This document shows, piece by piece, positions 1 to 11,687 of a stretch of 64,000 nt of DNA. The stretch's first letter is position 1. Each line of letters starts with the position of its first letter. The position numbers and the translations under genes were made by a program. The notes under the pieces were generated by a model. That model saw nothing but the letters and a program-made list of their open reading frames with translations. It was not told the origin of the DNA and ran no database searches. Location of the stretch: positions 93,248,001 through 93,312,000 of the forward strand of contig OZ024741.1 of the NCBI GenBank assembly GCA_964016885.1. The letters are read 5' to 3'. Source of the DNA: Eledone cirrhosa (Eukaryota).

Positions 1-3000
1 GCATTGAAAATGTTCTTGTCTTTCAGGAAGGACATCAGTTTTTTCAACTTACCGTGGAAAACTCTGGCTGTAATATCATGCCTGTCACTCATCTGTTGGC
101 GCGCGAATAAATTCTCCTTAATTTCCACCCAATTTGGATTACATGTGAAGGTAATGAAAAGATCTGGCCGCCCAAAGTTACGGACATACGCCATGGCATC
201 CTGTGTCCGTTTATGCATGTACCGGGGTGAGCCAGTGAAGCTTGAAAGAAGGATCACCCGATGTCCAATGTTTTTTGCGTCACCGTCACGCTGCAAAGTA
301 TCCGAAGATGAGCGTAATCAACCGCTCTTAGTTCGGTCTGATGGGTACGTATGTACAAAAGACGTTCCGCTTCAATCTTGGCGTACATATCAACCAAGAA
401 CTGGTTTGTCACCTGGTTTGAACCTCAATTGTTGGTTGAATTGACCGTCTCTGACCATAAGTCTGTATGAATAAAAGTCCATACTGGAAACGTTTTTTGG
501 CAAAGGATTAAGACTTGTCGGGTTAACTTGATGTATCTGCAAATAGTATCCATCCTCGCCGTAGGGAAACAGCAGTGAGTATTGCAAACAATCGTAGGAC
601 CGATGGGTTTCCGCCACGAACGTGAGTCTGTTATCGCGGTGCTGAATGTTGATGTCACGTTTGCCATGAATTTCATCAACCATGATCGCTGCTACCTCAT
701 TGGTAGTTGGAGCGTTGAAACGTCCAGGATGCTCATCAGCAGGAGGTCTGTCAACTCTGATGACCAATTTCATCTCAGGTCTTGAATCCAAAAGCTCCAA
801 AGCACTCTTCAGTTCACAGACGTACGGGTGGGTTGCGTGGAGCATGGCTTGAAATTCCGCAATAATGTTTTGGTCAATAAGAGAATTATTCTTGCATCTG
901 TGGGAAAGCTCCTCATCATTCCCGCCCATGAAGAATACCTGCAAGAATTTCGGTTCCTCTCCTTGTTGTGGTCGAAGGCTTCCCATTAGATGGTAACACT
1001 GCCCTTGAATTTTGTAGGTGTAGAGTTTTCTCTCAGCCTTGTGTCATTGTTTCGAGAAGTACTGGTGACAGCAGTTTCGTCAGTGCTTGTTCTTCTATTT
1101 CTGCCATCCCTTACACCGGGATAGCAAAGCAAGCATTGTACTTCCAAATGTTGTTGCGAAAGTGCACTCCGTGGGTAGAGTTATCAATGAGAAGATATTG
1201 GAGAAAATGAGGAGGATCAGCCAACGCTGGAAGTCGAACCTTGCCCCCGAAACAGTAAAGACCTGGAGCCTCACCTACCCACTTCTTTGCTTCACAGAAC
1301 TGACATACCTTATCCATTTTTCCAAGAGTCATATCCGTGCGATTGTTGTAGTCATAAGCAGGATTGTGGTTGAAGCCAGCTTTTGACCAAAAGGTGTCCC
1401 TTGTAGCAGCAGCATGTTCCTGGCGTCTACGCCGTCTCGATGCCTGTCTTCCCTTGCCTCCGCAGTTTCGTTGAGAAGTGATTGTTGCCATCGAGTGCGC
1501 AGGTCCTGTAAACGGGCCTCTCTGGCCTCCGCAGTCTCGTTGAGAAGTAATTGTTGACGTCGAGTGCGGTGATCAGCAAGGTGGGCCTCCCTTACCTCTG
1601 AAGTTTCCGCCAAACGTGAGCATTGTGGTTAAATGAGCTGAGAAGAAAGACGGGACTCCCTTGCCTCTGAAGTCTCCTCCAGAATTGTGCTTTGGTGCTG
1701 ATGGAGCTGCTCATAAGGAGAGGTTGCCTAAATGGGTAAAAAAAAAATAACCGACATTGATGTGATCTATTAGCTGTGTGTGGGCATCTTATTCAACATT
1801 ATAATGGAAAAACAATATTAAAAGAAGACATAAAGGCGAATTAGCCATCGAAGTAGTCATACAATAACTGTAAATGTAGAAGGTGATAGTTTATTAACAG
1901 CAAAATAGCAATGTCGATGATATGCAAGTTTAAAAATGCAGATTATGAAGGTTTGTATGATAGTTTACACTTTGATTGTCTTGGTCAACAAGAGGGGCCT
2001 CTATATATTAGAGGTTTATTAGAAGAGGGGGAAATAACTAACCCCAGTATTAGAACAGGGGGTTTGCAATGTAAGGGTTTCGATTTCATAAAACGGTACT
2101 GTATGATCGTTATAGAAGTATTTATTTTAATATAGAGCAACCGTAATTGAAAAATGAAAATGAAACGTACTGTAGAAGGCAACGGTTTATTAACAGCGAA
2201 AAACGTTGTCTTTGATATGTTATTTTAAATAAGATAATGAATATTTAAAAAAAAAACTGAATTAATTAACTCGGCAACCAAATGGCTTATAGATCCCATT
2301 CATTAAGTTTACAATGAATATTAAAAAAAAAACTGAATTAATTAACTCCGCAACCAAATGGCTTATAGATCCCATTCATTAAGTTTACAATGAATATTTT
2401 AAAAAAACTGAATGAATTAACTCGGCAACCCAAAGGCTTATAGATCCCATTCATTAAGTTTACATGCATGTATTCTTTAAACTTTTCATTTGACTTTGAA
2501 AAATACTACTTACTGTTAGTGGTGGTTAACATGTATTAGAATTAAAATATAAATGATATCGGAAAAAACGTACCTGAGAACACACCTCCCTTCTTCGCAA
2601 TTTAAAGGTTTTATTTCTTTTGATGGAAAACTGACCGTTTTCTGTTTGGCATTTCGTAAAATGATACTGCAGAATCGATTTCATAAAACGGTACTGTATG
2701 TTAACAGCGAAAGAACGTTGTTTGATATGTTAGGAAAAAATTGATCAGTTTAAAAATTTGTATGAAATTGTAAATAAGACAATGAATATTGAAAGCGACT
2801 ACGGAAAATAACTCATCCAAGTATTAGAACAGGTGGAAATAACTCACCGAAAGCGATAGTAAATAGACCGTTTTGGGGCCCTAGGGATCACATTTTTCAA
2901 GTTAGAGATTTGAAACCTCGTCTATTTGCTTCCTTGGCACTTTTTACAAAGGTGTGTCAATTTTCATGTCTGTCCGACCATGTCTACTACCATTTAACCG

Positions 3001-3048
3001 TGCACAACTGAATTTCAACCACTACCCATTTCACAAATATATATTAGA
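1..3048 (-). mobile_element. Helitron A, 5' part (continues beyond the left edge of the window); frameshifted Rep N-terminal region
   Basis: Minus-strand ORF pieces 1329-1613, 1111-1491 and 390-986 are homologous to the Helitron B Rep (RFNAPTTNEVA, ETHRSYDCLQY, CQFCEAKKW, FRNNIWKYN). The 5' terminus reads A|TCTAATATAT on the minus strand at 3048. Confidence 0.85.
2236..2463. repeat. ~76-bp tandem repeat, three copies, inside the putative Helitron A intron
   Basis: AATGAATATT(A)nCTGAATTAATTAACTCGGCAACCAAATGGCTTATAGATCCCATTCATTAAGTTTAC repeated three times. Confidence 0.9.
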
Positions 3049-3062
3049 TATAAATATATATC

Positions 3063-3093
<31 letters not shown>

Positions 3094-3094
<1 letters not shown>

Positions 3095-3236
3095 GCGGCG
3101 ATGAATTAGTTTTGCGAGGTTTTTTATATGAAATCGTGTGTCGAAACAGATATTGTTATATTTGGGGAGGGTCATATTTGCGTAATATTGCCATAATTTT
3201 TAATTCTGGCAATATTACGCAAATATGACCCTCCCC
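3094..3236 (+). repeat. Interspersed repeat fragment ending in a fold-back; probable PLE pseudo-LTR piece (second copy ~17487-17590)
   Basis: Near-identical to 17487-17590. Contains an inverted repeat GGGGAGGGTCATATTTGCGTAATATTGCCA...TGGCAATATTACGCAAATATGACCCTCCCC and is embedded in (TA)n. Confidence 0.6.
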
Positions 3237-3269
<33 letters not shown>

Positions 3270-3334
3270 TATATAAATAAATATATATATATAAATAAAT
3301 ATCTAAATAAATATATATATATAAATAAATATAT

Positions 3335-3373
<39 letters not shown>

Positions 3374-3730
3374 CTAGCAGTGGTACCCGGCGTTGCACGG
3401 GATAAGGTACTTTGAAACGGGAGGTCACCAACAGACGCAATCGTGGAAAAACTGCATGCCTGGACAATATGTAAAGAAAATACACCGAATACTCTGATGG
3501 ATGGATAATCCTTAAGATTATCCTCGATGAAGCAGGAAAAATGCAGGTTTTCACCTAATGCGAGCCCTGGGGGATCAAGAAAATGAATATTTTTAATTGC
3601 ATAATATGACTTTCAATTTCGGGAAAATCGGCTAGACGTAACGCCTCCAAAAAGCCCTAAGAAGCTGAAAAAATGAATTTTCACCTAATGCGGGCCCTAG
3701 ACCATAAGAAAGATGGATTTTCTTTATATA
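3374..3730 (-). mobile_element. Short non-autonomous Helitron or Helitron 3' end
   Basis: The minus strand ends CCCGTGCAACGCCGGG-TACCACTG-CTAG|T, i.e. a subterminal hairpin plus CTAG inserted before T. The 5' end is not resolved. Confidence 0.7.
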
Positions 3731-3736
3731 TATATA

Positions 3737-3788
<52 letters not shown>

Positions 3789-5853
3789 AGTATACGTACA
3801 TACATATATGTATACAGACGTACAGTAGTATGTATATACATATTAACATGCACATATATATATACTAGCAGAAGTACCCGGCGTTGCCCGGGTGTAAGTC
3901 GACCTTTGGTCTGTTAGAATGTGTGAAAGTTACTTCCCACGCATCACAGGTTCAAAACTTCGGACTTCAATGAAAAAAAATAGGTTAGTAGACGCAGGTG
4001 TGCAATTTATTAATTGTAGTTGCACAGTGTATCGTTGAAATTGTTCTCTGCACGTCTGACGGAAGTCAAAATCGCTTGATATTGAATGTTCAGTTAATTT
4101 AAAGCAGGGTGAAAATGTTTTTTTTTTTTTTTTTTACAATTTTTGCGCTCACATGTGCAGAAGAAGAATTAAAAGGGCCTTTATCTTAACCGCGGCATAA
4201 TGGTGAGTCTTTTGTGACAGTTTTCAAGAATATAGGACGTTCCTGTAAAAAGTTTTTCCATGTGTAACTTTGCCTTGTTTTTTTGCGCAAAGTCGAGCCC
4301 CGCTTGAGTTTTATTGATTTTTTACATCAATGCGTGATCTCTGAAGTAGATTTGAGTAGCTAAAATCCTGTCCCGGTAAATTTGCTAAAGGTGAAAAAAA
4401 GTTGATCAAAATTGTATCTAGGGTTATTGCCCTTTGCAACAGCCTCAACGTGTCTTCAAGTATGGTTTGTTAATTTGCTGTGGAACTAAATCTACTTTCG
4501 TCAAATCGGACCGAGGAATCAATGTTTCCATTTCTCTTTCTAGCTAGTGTACCCGGATACACACGGGTTTATAAGGCGCTGGATTTAAATAAATGAAGAA
4601 CAAACGTTTCCTTTTGTGCTCCAATCTGTGATATTGGTATTTTGAAAAAATAGTCCACAAACATCCATGGAGCATGTGTAACGCATGTATCAGGTTATGA
4701 GAAAAAGGGTTTTCGATTCTCCATACATAAGATACAAAAAAATTGCACGCAAATAAAACGGGATTTTAAGGCACTGCCCAATTCATAGCTGAAAGGTAAG
4801 AATCAAGTGGAATAATGTTTTGCGACATTGTCAAATGTACAACCGTACAAAAGCAAAGGATATAGCCATTGAAATCTAGGTAGACCAAAGAATTTGGTGG
4901 TGTTGTATATCACAGGATTGTTTCCCTTGTGATTCGCGTCTACCCTACAAAGTGAAATTAGGTGATTGTAGTCGGTGTTGTATAAAAAAATAAAAGCATA
5001 CGGAAGATTGAACACTTACGAATTAAGTGAAAATCACGTTGATATTCCTATCGGAGCAAAATGTGCCGAAAAACCTGACGGATTGTTGTGTCAATATTGA
5101 AATCGTAGAAATTGCGAATGCCGACCTATAAGATATAATGGCTTGGCCTTGGAGGTGAAGGGGAAGAATTGGTATAATTGTTTTGCTGAACATTTTGACC
5201 ATTAATTTAAATAGACATGCGGTTTGGTTGTTTATGACCTAGAATGAGGGCCGGTTAAACGCGGCAGAAAAATAAGCCATGCTGATGATGTTTAGGGGCG
5301 TCGCAGGGAATAGATGAGGAGTTGTGAGTCAATTGTGAGGACAGTGGATGGCATGTTGATCGCTTTAGAAGACGCGATGCTACACAGGATGCTTCTCGAC
5401 CAAAATGAGCCTCGATGATCGCTTGAGAAGACTGGGCACAATACAGGATGATGCGCGGCGGTATAGTCTTGATAGTCCGTATATAAGAAATGGAAGAATC
5501 GTCATAAAATTTTTGCTGAATATGGTGAGCGTTAATGTAAAGAGATTTACGATGGATAATCCTGATAAATTGGACGTTTTTTGCATGGCAGGAGTCGCGA
5601 TAAATGGTGGCAAGAAGAATGGCGTTTATCGGTTGCCGGATTGTGATGTTCAATGAAGCTGATAGATAACGGCGTGCGCGAAGGGATGCTTTAAGGCTCT
5701 GAATGGTGAATTGGCCCCAGAGTAGAAGATGTTAGAGATAGATGAGGTTTTTGTAAAGCAGAAAGTACTGCAGCTTAGAAGAATGGATAAGCTTTGGTGA
5801 ATAAGCTTTGACGTTTCGCAGTGAAAAAGCGCTCGTGTGAGGGTAACCGTGTG

Positions 5854-7854
5854 TTAATTCTCTAACGCCTCATGGTAGACGACGTTTTGTGTCTTGCTCT
5901 CAGGGGCATCGATGAAGAGGCTTTGTGGACTCCCGACCCTTGAGCACCCAACATGTGAAAAAACAGGTTCAGAAACTTCTAAGCCAACCACCTGCAATGA
6001 CTGCCCTTGCGCCTTGTTAATGCTCATTGCCAAGCTTAATTTCAATGGAAATTGCAGTCGTCGAAACTGAAAGGGCATATCGAATGGAATGAGCGGTATT
6101 CTGGGTATGAAGACATCCTCACCACTGGCTGGTCCATTTAAGACAGTAGCCTCTAAGACTTTTGACATCATGGTCTTAATGGTCAGCCGCGTTCCGTTAT
6201 AAAGTTTCGGAGGGTCTAAGTTTTTTAACAGCATAACTGGAGAGCCTCCTTTAAGTAGCAAGTTATGCTGGGGAAGTCCTTGTGGTGTAAGGCTGTTTAG
6301 AAATTCAACAGGGTAATGCACCGCCTCGTCCGTGTTGGGAACAGTGTCTATGGACTTGTAACTGATGGAATCACCAGGGAGTTGTTCTAGGAGTCTAAAA
6401 TTTAATGCATCCACAGTGAAATTCTTCGGCGCTAAGATTGCGCGCTGCTTCAGCCAATCGGGATCAGTGTAATTTCTGGGTAGGTAAGGAAACACCGTTG
6501 ACATGAGATTTTCGGCTTTAGGTACAACATGCCCAAATGGAAGACATATAGGACCATCATTTTCGCCAACTATAGTGCCATTGCCTATTTCCAATAGTTG
6601 CCTGGAGAACACCGCGGTCTCTTCATCACCACTAAGATGGACTCTCATGTTAGTTGTAAGATGTATCGTTTTTATATTTTGCCACAAGTAGGAACACTTG
6701 ATGCTTGCGTTCACCTCGTCTGCCCTTGTTCCTTTCGAAATAATAGGAAGGGTCTGTCGAAAATCCCCAGCAAGCAAAACTGTCACGCCACCCATAAGTC
6801 GTGTATTCTGCCTAAGATCCTGAAGGGTACGGTCGAAAGCCTCGAAGGCGCCTTTATGGCTCATTGGCGCTTCATCCCAAATGATGAGGTTGCACTCGTT
6901 CAGAATTTTGCCTTTTGTTGAGCCGCGACTGATATTGCAGGTGGGCGTTTCCCTCTTGGATAAATCTAAGGGTAGCCTAAATAATGAATGGGCTGTACGA
7001 CTGCCATGTATCAGGGTTGCCGCTATGCCACTGGAGGGCATTCCTAAAGCAATTTGTCTGCATTGCCTAACTTTAGCCAGAAGCAAGTTGATGAAGGTTT
7101 TGCCTGTTCCCGCTGGAGCATCAAGAAAAAAAATACCTCCCGCTTTGCAGTCAATACTGGAGATTATCATGTTGTAGGCAGTCCTCTGGTCTGACAAAAG
7201 TCGAGGCTCGTTGAGCTGTACATAAGCTGCCAAATGCACCTGGTTGTAGCTAACCTCGCGCATGTACTCCATGTTTAATGAACTGGATGATTGCTGTGGT
7301 TGGGGCAAACCGAAGGTAGCGACGCCCTGACCTCCCATTGCTTGGACTCGTTTATCTAGGTCGAGTAAGGCCTCGTTGTAGATAGCAGAATTATATTCAA
7401 ACCCAGCCGTAGGGTCCTGACGCTGAAGTCGGCGAAGGAAGTCTTCGGCCATGCTGTTTTTGTGTGCCTCCCAAAGTTTTAAGGGGTCGCTCAAACCGCA
7501 TGTCATCAGCATGATCGAAAACAGCTGGCGCAGTTGAATTGGTGCTTTGAAGGCAGTAGCCTCCTCCAGAGTCTGATCCCATTGAGCGTCATCTTCCAAG
7601 AGTCCAAGTTTGGCACATGCCTCCCTATACGTAGTGCAGAGGTTGCCGTTGATGCGCCGTAGCTCAGTGAAAGAAGTAGGACCCCTAACACTGTGCAGCA
7701 ACATACGTAAATAAAAGCACTCATCGTAATTTGGATGCACTGTGTACACCCTCCCGATGGCATCGTCTTCTCCATTCACGTGAACGCGTGCTCCCTGTAT
7801 TATGTGCCCAGGTGTAGTAGGTTGGGACGTCGGCATAATGAAGCGTTTTAACAA
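5854..7854 (-). pseudogene. Helitron PIF1-family SF1 helicase domain
   Basis: Walker A DAPAGTGKT, SSGIAATL, IIWDEAPM, GDFRQTLP, LTTNMR, RAILAPKN, QFPLKLSLAMSINKAQGQS. Separated from Rep by frameshifts. Confidence 0.93.
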
Positions 7855-10289
7855 ACGGATCTTCTTGGCACAATTGGAAGAAAGCCGTTAATTTTGTTGC
7901 AGGTGGGTTGGCCACCATGCGGCTGGCGGTTTCGTCAGTATAGTACACTCTTTGCCCATTCTCCAAGTGAATATTCAAGTTTACGACTCTTGGTGAACGC
8001 TGATGAATGTCAAAACCAAAAATCCTCTAAATCGCCTGATTGGATGAAATGTACCTGCCGATTTGATATTGTTGTATTTCATCAGGTTGTGCCCTGCCAC
8101 CTTGGAGTTCAATGACAGCCATATCCCCTCCCTTGTTTATGTACTTGCATATATACTTAATGCTCTTCACCGACGTACATGACTCAACATTGATGTGAGC
8201 ATTAAAAATCTTGGCGGATTGGGCAGTTCTGCGCAAATAATGTTGTCCATGTCCGTTGGCCGTATCCTGTCCTTGCACCATATAAGGATGTGAGCATGTG
8301 GTAGACCCCGCTTCTGCCACTCCACGGTATACATCCATGCATTAAGACCACCAAATATTTTGCCGTCTTTCAGTAGCCACATCAATTTCTTGAGTTTCTG
8401 CTGGAAGACTGGCTATGAGGTCGTGCCTGTCACTACTCACCTGGCCCCGGAAGAGGTAGGTTTGAATGTCCTCCCATTTTGGATTGCAAGTGAGAGTGAT
8501 GAAAAGATCAGGCCTGCCAAACTTACGAACGTAAGACATTGCATCCTGAGTTCTTTGGTGCAAATACCGAGGGGATCCTGTGAAACTTGATGGAAGGATC
8601 ACCTGTTGTCCGACGTTTCCGGCATAGCCATCACGAATCAGGGCGTCCTGTAAATGGATGTATTCCTCCGCACGCAGTTTCTTTTGGTTGAGTCGAATAA
8701 AAAGCAGACGTTCTGCCTCGATTTTGGCAAACATATCCACAATGTATTGATTCGTCAGCTGCCTGAATCGAAGAAGCTGATTAAAATCTCCACTCCTTAC
8801 CATAAAGCGGCAGGCATAAAAGTCCATACAGGAAATGGATTTCCGTGATTCACTACCATTGGAATAATTTACATGACGAAGAGCAAAATTGTATCCGTCC
8901 TCTCCGTGGGGGAATAAAAGAGGATACTGAAGGCAATCATACGATCTATGTGTCTCTGTGACAAACACCAGCCGACTGTCACGGTGCTGAAGGACAATAT
9001 CGCGTTTACCGTGCTCCTCGCCAACCAAAATCACTGCTACCTCATTGGTATTTGGTGCATTGAAACGACGGGCATGCTCGCCAGCTGGCCGCCTGTCAGC
9101 CCTTATAATCACCTTGATGTTCGGTGTGGTTTCAATTTGTTCCAAGGCAAACTTGAAATCAGTAACGTAGGGATGAGTCACATGGAGCATTGTCTGCAGA
9201 CCTGCTATTATTCGCCTATCTACACCCTCGTTTAACTTGCAGCGTTGGTCAAAATCGGCCTCACCTCCACCCAAAAAGAAAACCTGCAGAAACTTTGGCT
9301 CTTCATTTGGACGCGAACGAAGACTACCCATGCGATGGTAGCATTGGCCTTGAAGTCTGAATGTAGTGAAAACGTTGTTGGGGTTCACGCTGTTGTTGGT
9401 GTTGTTATTGTCTACACCAAAGGAGGTCATCATGAAACAGGAGTTGTATTTCCACATGTTACGGCGGAACGTTGTAGCCGTAGTGTCGTCACCTGTAAGT
9501 AGATTCAGAAGAACGTATGGCGGGTCAGCCAATGCTCCTAGTTGCACCTTACCTCCTGCACAGCACATAGAAGGCGCCTCGCCTGGCCACTTCATTGCCT
9601 TGCAGGATGTACAGACATTATCCATTTTACCGATGGAAATTGTAGGCAGAAGTCCGTAATCCTCAGAGGGGTTATATCTGAAGGCTGCTTTTACCCAGCC
9701 TGAGCTCTTGGTAGTAGTAGTTAACGTATACCGGGAACGCTTAGCAGCAAGCCTATTGTCTCTGTCTGCCGTGGACTCCTCTGCAAGTGCTTGTTGACAA
9801 AGAAGGCGAACTCCAGCAAGCCTCGTCTGACGGGATGTTGGTGATTCCTCCGCCAGCGCTTGTTGGCGACGAAGGCGAACATCAGCAAGCCTTGTCGTAC
9901 GTGATGTTGGTGACTCAACCAGCCGGGAAAGACGTCTATCAGCGAGTCGAGATTCGCGCTCAGCAGGTGTTTCCTAGAGAAAATGAATTAATTCTACTGG
10001 TTAGCTAAGCCAATGGCAGTGTCAATAGTAAATGAGAAAAGTCTAACATGAACAAAAGGGAATCAAGGTAAGACAATAAATTTAATATAACTACGATTAG
10101 AATGTTGTAGTTGCTTAAAAGTGGTGACAGTTAGGATAAATGCAGTACTTAGTAACATTAAGGGAGAATATTGCATAAAGGATTAATCAATTGTGAATGA
10201 ACTCATACCTGAGAACGCCTAATTCGTTGTCTCAAAGCAGTAGCTGTACCTTTTTTGGAGGTAAGTCTTGAACGTTTCCGTGTGCGCAT
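7721..10289 (-). pseudogene. Helitron Rep (HUH endonuclease) region with an N-terminal exon and STPR-like repeats
   Basis: Motif 1 PDLFITLTCNPKW, motif 2 VEWQKRGLPHAHILIW, motif 3 YICKYINKG. Frameshifts and an internal deletion are present. Exon 10209-10289 splices in phase 0 to 9973, in frame with ORF 8342-9625. Confidence 0.9.
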
Positions 10290-10413
10290 AACAACGTGTA
10301 ACGAAGCTGTTAGGTTAGAGAGAGGTGATTAAATACAGAGAGAGATGACACCAGATTCGTTAGCATGGTTACTGGTGAATGGGAAGGTTTGGAAATATGA
10401 TTACAATAACTTA

Positions 10414-10668
10414 CCGAATTTTCCGGTCTATAAATTGCACTTAAAATAATTAAATTTAATCAAAAAACAGCTCTGCGCTTTATACTCCGGCGAGCCTTAT
10501 GTATAAATAATACAATGGTAATCAATCACGGCTCTAACAGAAGTAATAGATCTAGACTAAAAGTAAAGAAGATAGCATTTTCCTGGTTGGCCTTACACGC
10601 CGTTACGCGGACCTGATTTTAAATGATACGCCTTATATCCTGGTGAGCCTTATAGAGCGGAAAATATC
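10414..10668. mobile_element. Degenerate Tc1/mariner-pogo-type MITE nested in the Helitron B 5' region
   Basis: Imperfect TIRs TA|CCGAATTTTCCGGTCTATAA ... TTATAGAGCGGAAAATATC|TA, with internal GCCTTATA repeats. Confidence 0.5.
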
Positions 10669-11687
10669 TATTGGAAAAGAATACAAATTCATGACCAAGG
10701 TGTGACAAAATAGGCGTCTATACAGCGCCTGAAACAAACTTGTCCAAAACCCTAGGATTTTTCTCGTTAAGTATGCCAAAAAAAACAATATATTCAAAAA
10801 ATGTTCTAAAGTACATTCAATCTCTCTTTTTGACCGATATCTTAATAAGCAAGTTATCGATTTTTTATTGGCTGTCAGTGTCTATCTGCATGCAGGTGTG
10901 CACGTGTGCGCAATTAATTGCAAATACGCTCATAACATTTAGTCGTAAGCAGAACAAAAAATGCCATTAGAGGTGGGCTAATAATGAAGACACAAAACCT
11001 GGTGAACTTACGTTTAAACACCCGAAAAGTTACTCACTTCCTGTGCAAAAGACTGTAACAGTAGTAATATAAATTAATTAATTTTTTAGAATCTTTTGTT
11101 TAAAAAAGGAAAACATTGGTACGGACGTAACATTTTTTACAACTTTGTATGTGTACAATACAACTTGCTCAACGTATTATTTAGTAATTCTTTTTTTCAA
11201 AAAGCATGATTATTTAAGACTATTTGAAAATTTACTCACATCTTTTAGCATCACAAAAGACACCATTAAATTTGGTTCCCTGTTCAGATAGGGATAATAC
11301 TGTATTTCCACTTGAATAAGGTGGAATATGAAAAGATAAACTCTTTAATGTCGGTCGTTTACTGAGACAGCTGGGAAGACATGCAGCTGGCCGTGCAATC
11401 AATAACGCACGTCCTTATATGGGCATATGAAATTTATTTTTATTGCACCAGATGTAAACTAAGAGTTCTTGTGTTCGAATTCACATAAAATTTCATTGGA
11501 ATCGAAAAACATTCTGTCATAGGGCCCGATTATCGATTTTTCGAAAATTTCAAGTAGCCTATTCCAGTCTATAAGTTGAGTTTTATATATGTGTGAGGTT
11601 TCATGAAAATTGGATGAACGGTGTAGCATGCAAGTTCGAAACAGCAAACAATGCCCATCTTCACTTTATATATATAGATATATATAT

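Larger units (their letters stand above)
3865..11678 (-). mobile_element. Helitron B, near full length (Rep + PIF1 helicase), disrupted
   Basis: 5' end A|TCTATATATATAAAG at 11678. 3' end CCCGGGCAACGCCGGG-TACTTCTG-CTAG|T at 3865. Rep and helicase ORFs lie between the termini. Confidence 0.92.

Noticed and set aside
2236-2463. Regular repeats resembling a CRISPR array
   Set aside because: Head-to-tail tandem units with no unique spacers, no cas genes, and a eukaryotic context.
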